Assembly: GCA_964016885.1 (NCBI GenBank)
Contig: OZ024743.1
Coordinates: 373,736,001-373,800,000 of the forward strand
Source: Eledone cirrhosa
Lineage: Eukaryota
Reading direction: 5' to 3'
DNA: 64,000 nt
The notes beneath the pieces were generated by a model. That model did no database searches. It saw nothing but the letters and a program-made list of their open reading frames with translations, and was not told where the DNA came from. Made by a program: the position numbers and the translations under genes. Below, one piece after another: positions 52,101 to 62,500 of this stretch; the first letter of the stretch is position 1, and each line of letters starts with the position of its first letter.

Positions 52101-52707
52101 AGGGCTTCATCTTGTAGTGGACAGTGACGTTGGCTTGGGGAGGGCTTCATCTTGTAGTGGACAGTGACGTTGGCTTGGGGAGGAGTTCCTCTTATATTGG
52201 ACACTGACGTTGGATGGGGTGGGCTTCATCTTGTAGTGGACAGTGACGTTGGCTTGGGGAGGAGTTCCTCTTGTAGTGGACAGTGACGTTGGCTTGGGGA
52301 GGACTCCCTCTTGTAGTGGACAGTGACCTTGGCTTGGGGAGGCCTTCATCTTGTAGTGGACAGTGACGTTGGCTTGTGGAGGACTTCCTCTTGTAGTGGA
52401 CAGTGACGTTGGCTTGAGGAGGGATTCATCTTGTAGTGGACAGTGACGTTGGCTTGGGCAGGAGTTCATCTTGTAGTGGACAGTGACGTTGGCTTGTGGA
52501 GGGCTTCATCTTGTAGTGGACAGTGTCGTTGGCTTGGAGAGGAGTTCCTATTGTAGTGGACAGTGACGTTTGCTTGTGGAGGGCTTCATCTTGTAGTGGT
52601 CAGTGACGTTGGCTTGTGGAGGGCTTCATCTTGTAGTGGACAGTGACGTTGGCTTGAGGAGGGATTCATCTTGTAGTGGACAGTGACGTTGGCTTGGGCA
52701 GGAGTTC
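49111..52707 (+). repeat. 1,799-bp (45-monomer) tandem duplication, 49111-50909 and 50910-52707
   Basis: ORF offset 1799 (49268>51067, 49988>51787, 50308>52107). Markers GGGCTGCAT, TTGCCTTGG, CAGTCACG and TTATATTGG each occur exactly once per copy. Confidence 0.92.
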
Positions 52708-53500
52708 ATCTTGTAGTGGACAGTGACGTTGGCTTGGGGAGGACTTCCTCTTGTAGTGGACAGTGACGTTTGCTTGTGGAGGGCTTCAACTTGTAGTGGA
52801 CAGTGACGTTAGCTTGGGGGGAGTTCCTCTTGTAGTGGACAGTGACGTTGGCTTGTGGAGGGCTTCATCTTGTAGTGGACAGTGACGTTGGCTTGGGGAG
52901 GAGTTCCTCTTGTAGTGGACAGTGACGTTGGCCTGGGGAGGACTCCCTCTTGTAGTGGACAGTGACCTTGGCTTGGGGAGGCCTTCATCTTGTAGTGGAC
53001 AGTGACGTTGGCTTGTGGAGGACTTCCTCTTGTAGTGGACAGTGACGTTGGCTTGAGGAGGGATTCATCTTGTAGTGGACAGTGACGTTGCCTTGGGCAG
53101 GAGTTCATCTTGTAGTGGACAGTGACGTTGGCTTGTGGAGGGCTTCATCTTGTAGTGGACAGTGTCGTTGGCTTGGAGAGGAGTTCCTATTGTAGTGGAC
53201 AGTGACGTTTGCTTGTGGAGGGCTTCATCTTGTAGTGGTCAATGACGTTGGCTTGTGGAGGGCTTCATCTTGTAGTGGACAGTGACGTTGGCTTGAGGAG
53301 GGATTCATCTTGTAGTGGACAGTGACGTTGGCTTGGGCAGGAGTTCATCTTGTAGTGGACAGTGACGTTGGCTTGGGGAGGACTTCCTCTTGTAGTGGAC
53401 AGTGACGTTTGCTTGTGGAGGGCTTCAACTTGTAGTGGACAGTGACGTTAGCTTGGGGGGAGTTCCTCTTGTAGTGGACAGTGACGTTGGCTTGTGGAGG
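52230..53500 (+). repeat. ~639-bp (16-monomer) tandem duplication overlapping the end of the 1,799-bp unit
   Basis: GACCTT at ~52325/~52964, GTTCCTATT at ~52544/~53183 and GTTAGCTTGGGGGG at ~52808/~53447 recur with a few SNPs between copies. Confidence 0.8.
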
Positions 53501-56500
53501 GCTTCATCTTGTAGTGGACAGTGTCGTTGGCTTGGCGAGGAGTTCCTCTTGTAGTGGACAGTGACGTTTGCTTGTGGAGGGCTTCATCTTGTAGTGGTCA
53601 GTGACGTTGGCTTGTGGAGGGCTTCATCTTGTAGTGGACAGTGACGTTGGCTTGTGGAGGGCTTCATCTTGTAGTGGACAGTGACGTTGGCTTGTGGAGG
53701 GCTTCATCTTGTAGTCGACAGTGACATTGGCTTGGGGAGGAGTTCCTCTTGTAGTGGACAGTGACGTTGGCTTGTGGAGGGCTTCATCTTGTAGTGGACA
53801 GTGACGTTGACTTGGGGAGGACTTCCTCTTGTAGTGGATAGTGACGTTGGCTTGGGGAGGACTTCCTCTTGTAGTGGACAGTGACGTTGGCTTGGGGAGC
53901 ACTTCCTCTTGTAGTGGACAGTGATGTTGACTTGGGGAGGACTTCCTCTTGTAGTAGACAGCGACGTTGGCTTGTGGAGGGCTTCAACTTGTAGTGGACA
54001 GTGACGTTGGCTTGGGGGAGGAGTTCCTCTTGTAGTGGACAGTGACGTTGGCTTGGGGGGGAGTTCCTCTTGTAGTGGACACTGACGTTGGCTTGGGGAG
54101 GACTCCCTCTTGTAGTGGACAGTGACGTTGGCTTGTGGAGGGCTTCATCTTGTAGTGGACAGTGATGTTGGCTTGGGGAGGAGTTCATCTTGTAGTGGGC
54201 AGTGACATTGGCTTGTGGAGGGCTTCATATTGTAGTGGACAATGACGTTGGCTTGGGGAGGAGTTCATCTTGTAGTGGACAGTGACGTTGGCTTGGGGAG
54301 GAGTTCATCTTGTAGTGGACAGTGACTTTGGCTTGGGGAGGAGTTCATCTTGTAGTGGACAGTGACGTTGGCTTGGGGAGGAATTCCTCTTGTAGTGGAC
54401 TGTGACGTTGGGTTGGGGAGGAATTCCTCTTGTAGTGGACAGTGACGTTGGGTTGGGGAGGAGGTCCTTTTGTAGTGGACGTGACGTTGGCTTGTGGAGG
54501 GCTTCATCTTGTAGTGGACAGTGACGTTGGCTTGGGGAGGACTTCCTCTTGTAGTGGACAGTGACGTTGGATTGCGGAGGAGGTCATCTTGTAGTGGACA
54601 GTGACGTTGGCTTGGGGAGGACTTCCTCTTGTAGTGGACAGTGACGTTGGCTTGGGGAGGACTCCCTCTTGTAGTGGACAGTGACGTTGGCTTGGGGAGG
54701 GCTTCATCTTGTAGTGGACAGTGTCGTAGGCTTGGGGAGGAGTTCCTCTTGTAGTGGACAGTGACGTTTGATTGTGGAGGGCTTCATCTTGTAGTGGACA
54801 GTGACGTTGGCTTGTGGAGGGCTTCATCTTATAGTGGACAGTGACGTTGGCTTGGGCAGGAGTTCCTCTTGTAGTGGACAGTGACGTTGGCTTGGAGAGG
54901 ACTTCCTGTTGTAGTGGACAGTGACGTTGGCTTGGGGAGGACTCCCTCTTGTAGTGGACAGTGACGTTGGCTTGGGGAGGGCTTCATCTTGTAGTGGACA
55001 GTGTCGTTGGCTTGGGGAGGAGTTCCTCTTGTAGTGGACAGTGACGTTTGATTGTGGAGGGCTTCATCTTGTAGTGGACAGTGACGTTGGCTTGTGGAGA
55101 GCTTCATCTTGTAGTCGACAGTGACATTGGCTTGGGGAGGAGTTCCTCTTGTAGTGGACAGTGACGTTGGCTTGTGGAGGGCTTCATCTTGTAGTGGACA
55201 GTGACGTTGGCTTGGGGGAGGAGTTCCTCTTGTAGTGGACAGTGACGTTGGCTTGGGGGGAGTTTCTCTTGTAGTGGACAGTGACGTTGGCTTGGGGAGG
55301 ACTTCCTATTGTAATGGACAGTGACGTTGGCTTGTGGAGGGCTTCATCTTGTAGTCGACAGTGACATTGGCTTGGGGAGGAGTTCCTCTTGTAGTGGACA
55401 GTGACGTTAGCTTGGGGGGAGTTCCTCTTGTAGTGGACAGTGACGTTGGCTTGTGGAGGGCTTCATCTTGTAGTGGACAGTGTCGTTGGCTTGGCGAGGA
55501 GTTCCTATTGTAGTGGACAGTGACGTTTGCTTGTGGAGGGCTTCATCTTGTAGTGGTCAGTGACGTTGGCGTGTGGAGGGCTTCATCTTGTAGTGGACAG
55601 TGACGTTGGCTTGAGGAGGGATTCATCTTGTAGTGGACAGTGACGTTGGCTTGGGCAGGAGTTCATCTTGTAGTGGACAGTGACGTTGGCTTGGGGAGGA
55701 CTTCCTCTTGTAGTGGTCAGTGACGTTGGCTTGTGGAGGGCTTCATCTTGTAGTGGACAGTGACGTTGGCTTGGGGAGGAGTTCCTCTTGTAGTGGACAG
55801 TGACTTTGGCTTGTGGAGGGCTTCATCTTGTAGTGGACAGTGACGTTGGCTTGGGGAGCACTTCCTCTTATAGTGGACAGTGATGTTGACTTGGGGAGGA
55901 CTTCCTCTTGTAGTAGACAGCGACGTTGGCTTGTGGAGGGCTTCAACTTGTAGTGGACAGTGACGTTGGCTTGGGGGAGGAGTTCCTCTTGTAGTGGACA
56001 GTGACGTTGGCTTGGGGGGGAGTTCCTCTTGTAGTGGACACTGACGTTGGCTTGGGGAGGACTCCCTCTTGTAGTGGACAGTGACGTTGGCTTGTGGAGG
56101 GCTTCATCTTGTAGTGGACAGTGATGTTGGCTTGGGGAGGAGTTCATCTTGTAGTGGGCAGTGACGTTGGCTTGGGGAGGAGTTCATCTTGTAGTGGACA
56201 GTGACGTTGGCTTGGGGAGGAATTCCTCTTGTAGTGGGCAGTGACGTTGGCTTGTGGAGGGCTTCATATTGTAGTGGACAGTGACATTGGCTTGTGGAGA
56301 GCTTCATATTGTAGTGGACAGTGACGTTGGCTTGGGGAGGAGTTCATCTTGTAGTGGACAGTGACGTTGGCTTGGGGAGGAGTTCATCTTGTAGTGGACA
56401 GTGACGTTGGCTTGGGGAGGAGTTCATCTTGTAGTGGACAGTGACGTTGGCTTGGGGAGGAATTCCTCTTGTAGTGGACAGTGACGTTGGCTTGTGGAGG

Positions 56501-59500
56501 GCTTCATCTTGTAGTGGACAGTGACGTTGGCTTGGGGAGGACTCCCTCTTGTAGTGGACAGTGACGTTGGCTTGGGGAGGGCTTCATCTTGTAGTGGACA
56601 GTGTCGTTGGCTTGGGGAGGAGTTCCTTTTGTAGTGGACAGTGACGTTTGATTGTGGAGGGCTTCATCTTGTAGTGGACAGTGACGTTGGCTTGTGGAGA
56701 GCTTCATCTTACAGTGGACAGTGACGTTGGCTTGGGCAGGAGTTCCTCTTGTAGTGGACAGTGACGTTGGCTTGGAGAGGACTTCCTGTTGTAGTGGACA
56801 GTGACGTTGGCTTGGGGAGGACTCCCTCTTGTAGTGGACAGTGACGTTGGCTTGGGGAGGGCTTCATCTTGTAGTGGACAGTGTCGTTGGCTTGGGGAGG
56901 AGTTCCTCTTGTAGTGGACAGTGACGTTGGCTTGGGGAGGACTCCCTCTTGTAGTGGACAGTGACCTTGGCTTGGGGAGGCCTTCATCTTGTAGTGGACA
57001 GTGACGTTGGCTTGGGCAGGAGTTCATCTTGTAGTGGACAGTGACGTTGGCTTGTGGAGGGCTTCATCTTGTAGTGGACAGTGTCGTTGGCTTGGAGAGG
57101 AGTTCCTATTGTAGTGGACAGTGACGTTTGCTTGTGGAGGGCTTCATCTTGTAGTGGTCAGTGACGTTGGCTTGTGGAGGGCTTCATCTTGTAGTGGACA
57201 GTGACGTTGGCTTGAGGAGGGATTCATCTTGTAGTGGACAGTGACGTTGGCTTGGGCAGGAGTTCATCTTGTAGTGGACAGTGACGTTGGCTTGGGGAGG
57301 ACTTCCTCTTGTAGTGGACAGTGACGTTTGCTTGTGGAGGGCTTCAACTTGTAGTGGACAGTGACGTTAGCTTGGGGGGAGTTCCTCTTGTAGTGGACAG
57401 TGACGTTGGCTTGTGGAGGGCTTCATCTTGTAGTGGACAGTGTCGTTGGCTTGGCGAGGAGTTCCTCTTGTAGTGGACAGTGACGTTTGCTTGTGGAGGG
57501 CTTCATCTTGTAGTGGTCAGTGACGTTGGCTTGTGGAGGGCTTCATCTTGTAGTGGACAGTGACGTTGGCTTGTGGAGGGCTTCATCTTGTAGTGGACAG
57601 TGACGTTGGCTTGTGGAGGGCTTCATCTTGTAGTCGACAGTGACATTGGCTTGGGGAGGAGTTCCTCTTGTAGTGGACAGTGACGTTGGCTTGTGGAGGG
57701 CTTCATCTTGTAGTGGACAGTGACGTTGACTTGGGGAGGACTTCCTCTTGTAGTGGATAGTGACGTTGGCTTGGGGAGGACTTCCTCTTGTAGTGGACAG
57801 TGACGTTGGCTTGGGGAGCACTTCCTCTTGTAGTGGACAGTGATGTTGACTTGGGGAGGACTTCCTCTTGTAGTAGACAGCGACGTTGGCTTGTGGAGGG
57901 CTTCAACTTGTAGTGGACAGTGACGTTGGCTTGGGGGAGGAGTTCCTCTTGTAGTGGACAGTGACGTTGGCTTGGGGGGGGAGTTCCTCTTGTAGTGGAC
58001 ACTGACGTTGGCTTGGGGAGGACTCCCTCTTGTAGTGGACAGTGACGTTGGCTTGTGGAGGGCTTCATCTTGTAGTGGACAGTGATGTTGGCTTGGGGAG
58101 GAGTTCATCTTGTAGTGGGCAGTGACATTGGCTTGTGGAGGGCTTCATATTGTAGTGGACAATGACGTTGGCTTGGGGAGGAGTTCATCTTGTAGTGGAC
58201 AGTGACGTTGGCTTGGGGAGGAGTTCATCTTGTAGTGGACAGTGACTTTGGCTTGGGGAGGAGTTCATCTTGTAGTGGACAGTGACGTTGGCTTGGGGAG
58301 GAATTCCTCTTGTAGTGGACTGTGACGTTGGGTTGGGGAGGAATTCCTCTTGTAGTGGACAGTGACGTTGGGTTGGGGAGGAGGTCCTTTTGTAGTGGAC
58401 GTGACGTTGGCTTGTGGAGGGCTTCATCTTGTAGTGGACAGTGACGTTGGCTTGGGGAGGACTTCCTCTTGTAGTGGACAGTGACGTTGGATTGCGGAGG
58501 AGGTCATCTTGTAGTGGACAGTGACGTTGGCTTGGGGAGGACTTCCTCTTGTAGTGGACAGTGACGTTGGCTTGGGGAGGACTCCCTCTTGTAGTGGACA
58601 GTGACGTTGGCTTGGGGAGGGCTTCATCTTGTAGTGGACAGTGTCGTAGGCTTGGGGAGGAGTTCCTCTTGTAGTGGACAGTGACGTTTGTTTGTGGAGG
58701 GCTTCATCTTGTAGTGGACAGTGACGTTGGCTTGTGGAGGGCTTCATCTTATAGTGGACAGTGACGTTGGCTTGGGCAGGAGTTCCTCTTGTAGTGGACA
58801 GTGACGTTGGCTTGGAGAGGACTTCCTGTTGTAGTGGACAGTGACGTTGGCTTGGGGAGGACTCCCTCTTGTAGTGGACAGTGACGTTGGCTTGGGGAGG
58901 GCTTCATCTTGTAGTGGACAGTGTCGTTGGCTTGGGGAGGAGTTCCTCTTGTAGTGGACAGTGACGTTTGATTGTGGAGGGCTTCATCTTGTAGTGGACA
59001 GTGACGTTGGCTTGTGGAGAGCTTCATCTTGTAGTCGACAGTGACATTGGCTTGGGGAGGAGTTCCTCTTGTAGTGGACAGTGACGTTGGCTTGTGGAGG
59101 GCTTCATCTTGTAGTGGACAGTGACGTTGGCTTGGGGGAGGAGTTCCTCTTGTAGTGGACAGTGACGTTGGCTTGGGGGGAGTTTCTCTTGTAGTGGACA
59201 GTGACGTTGGCTTGGGGAGGACTTCCTATTGTAATGGACAGTGACGTTGGCTTGTGGAGGGCTTCATCTTGTAGTCGACAGTGACATTGGCTTGGGGAGG
59301 AGTTCCTCTTGTAGTGGACAGTGACGTTGGCTTGTGGAGGGCTTCATCTTGTAGTGGACAGTGACGTTGACTTGGGGAGGACTTCCTCTTGTAGTGGACA
59401 GTGACGTTGGCTTGGGGAGGACTTCCTCTTGTAGTGGACAGTGGCGTTGGCTTGTGGAGGGCTTCATCTTGTAGTGGACAGTGACGTTGGCTTGGGGAGG

Positions 59501-62500
59501 GCTTCATCTTGTAGTGGACAGTGACGTTGGCTTGGGGAGGATTTCCTCTTGTATTGGACACTGACGTTGGATGGGGAGGACTTCGTCTTGTAGTGGACAG
59601 TGACGTTGGCTTGGGGAGGAGTTCCTCTTGTAGTGGACAGTGACGTTGGCTTGGGGAGGACTCCCTCTTGTAGTGGACAGTTACCTTGGCTTGGGGAGGC
59701 CTTCATCTTGTAGTGGACAGTGACGTTGGCTTGGGGAGGACTTCCTCTTGTAGTGGACAGTGACGTTGGCTTGAGGAGGGATTCATCTTGTAGTGGACAG
59801 TGACGTTGGCTTGGGCAGGAGTTCATCTTGTAGTGGACAGTGACGTTGGCTTGTGGAGGGCTTCATCTTGTAGTGGACAGTGTCGTTGGCTTGGCGAGGA
59901 GTTCCTATTGTAGTGGACAGTGACGTTTGCTTGTGGAGGGCTTCATCTTGTAGTGGTCAGTGACGTTGGCTTGTGGAGGGCTTCATCTTGTAGTAGACAG
60001 CGACGTTGGCTTGTGGAGGGCTTCAACTTGTAGTGGACAGTGACGTTAGCTTGGGGGGAGTTCCTCTTGTAGTGGACAGTGACGTTGGCTTGTGGAGGGC
60101 TTCATCTTGTAGTGGACAGTGTCGTTGGCTTGGCGAGGAGTTCCTATTGTAGTGGACAGTGACGTTTGCTTGTGGAGGGCTTCATCTTGTAGTGGTCAGT
60201 GACGTTGGCTTGTGGAGGGCTTCATCTTGTAGTGGACAGTGACGTTGGCTTGAGGAGGGATTCATCTTGTAGTGGACAGTGACGTTGGCTTGGGCAGGAG
60301 TTCATCTTGTAGTGGACAGTGACGTTGGCTTGGGAAGGACTTCCTCTTGTAGTGGTCAGTGACGTTGGCTTGTGGAGGGCTTCATCTTGTAGTGGACAGT
60401 GACGTTGGCTTGGGGAGGAGTTCCTCTTGTAGTGGATAGTGACTTTGGCTTGTGGAGGGCTTCATCTTGTAGTGGACAGTGACGTTGGCTTGGGGAGCAC
60501 TTCCTCTTATAGTGGACAGTGATGTTGACTTGGGGAGGACTTCCTCTTGTAGTAGACAGCGACGTTGGCTTGTGGAGGGCTTCAACTTGTAGTGGACAGT
60601 GACGTTGGCTTGGGGGAGGAGTTCCTCTTGTAGTGGACAGTGACGTTGGCTTGGGGGGGAGTTCCTCTTGTAGTGGACACTGACGTTGGCTTGGGGAGGA
60701 CTCCCTCTTGTAGTGGACAGTGACGTTGGCTTGTGGAGGGCTTCATCTTGTAGTGGACAGTGATGTTGGCTTGGGGAGGAGTTCATCTTGTAGTGGGCAG
60801 TGACGTTGGCTTGGGGAGGAGTTCATCTTGTAGTGGACAGTGACGTTGGCTTGGGGAGGAATTCCTCTTGTAGTGGACAGTGACGTTGGCTTGTGGAGGG
60901 CTTCATCTTGTAGTCGACAGTGACATTGGCTTGGGGAGGAGTTCCTCTTGTAGTGGACAGTGACGTTGGCTTGTGGAGGGCTTCATCTTGTAGTGGACAG
61001 TGACGTTGACTTGGGGAGGACTTCCTCTTGTAGTGGATAGTGACGTTGGCTTGGGGAGGACTTCCTCTTGTAGTGGACAGTGACGTTGGCTTGGGGAGCA
61101 CTTCCTCTTGTAGTGGACAGTGATGTTGACTTGGGGAGGACTTCCTCTTGTAGTAGACAGCGACGTTGGCTTGTGGAGGGCTTCAACTTGTAGTGGACAG
61201 TGACGTTGGCTTGGGGGAGGAGTTCCTCTTGTAGTGGACAGTGACGTTGGCTTGGGGGGGAGTTCCTCTTGTAGTGGACACTGACGTTGGCTTGGGGAGG
61301 ACTCCCTCTTGTAGTGGACAGTGACGTTGGCTTGTGGAGGGCTTCATCTTGTAGTGGACAGTGATGTTGGCTTGGGGAGGAGTTCATCTTGTAGTGGGCA
61401 GTGACATTGGCTTGTGGAGGGCTTCATATTGTAGTGGACAATGACGTTGGCTTGGGGAGGAGTTCATCTTGTAGTGGACAGTGACGTTGGCTTGGGGAGG
61501 AGTTCATCTTGTAGTGGACAGTGACTTTGGCTTGGGGAGGAGTTCATCTTGTAGTGGACAGTGACGTTGGCTTGGGGAGGAATTCCTCTTGTAGTGGACT
61601 GTGACGTTGGGTTGGGGAGGAATTCCTCTTGTAGTGGACAGTGACGTTGGGTTGGGGAGGAGGTCCTTTTGTAGTGGACGTGACGTTGGCTTGTGGAGGG
61701 CTTCATCTTGTAGTGGACAGTGACGTTGGCTTGGGGAGGACTTCCTCTTGTAGTGGACAGTGACGTTGGATTGCGGAGGAGGTCATCTTGTAGTGGACAG
61801 TGACGTTGGCTTGGGGAGGACTTCCTCTTGTAGTGGACAGTGACGTTGGCTTGGGGAGGACTCCCTCTTGTAGTGGACAGTGACGTTGGCTTGGGGAGGG
61901 CTTCATCTTGTAGTGGACAGTGTCGTAGGCTTGGGGAGGAGTTCCTCTTGTAGTGGACAGTGACGTTTGATTGTGGAGGGCTTCATCTTGTAGTGGACAG
62001 TGACGTTGGCTTGTGGAGGGCTTCATCTTATAGTGGACAGTGACGTTGGCTTGGGCAGGAGTTCCTCTTGTAGTGGACAGTGACGTTGGCTTGGAGAGGA
62101 CTTCCTGTTGTAGTGGACAGTGACGTTGGCTTGGAGAGGACTCCCTCTTGTAGTGGACAGTGACGTTGGCTTGGGGAGGGCTTCATCTTGTAGTGGACAG
62201 TGTCGTTGGCTTGGGGAGGAGTTCCTCTTGTAGTGGACAGTGACGTTTGATTGTGGAGGGCTTCATCTTGTAGTGGACAGTGACGTTGGCTTGTGGAGAG
62301 CTTCATCTTGTAGTCGACAGTGACATTGGCTTGGGGAGGAGTTCCTCTTGTAGTGGACAGTGACGTTGGCTTGTGGAGGGCTTCATCTTGTAGTGGACAG
62401 TGACGTTGGCTTGGGGGAGGAGTTCCTCTTGTAGTGGACAGTGACGTTGGCTTGGGGGGAGTTTCTCTTGTAGTGGACAGTGACGTTGGCTTGGGGAGGA

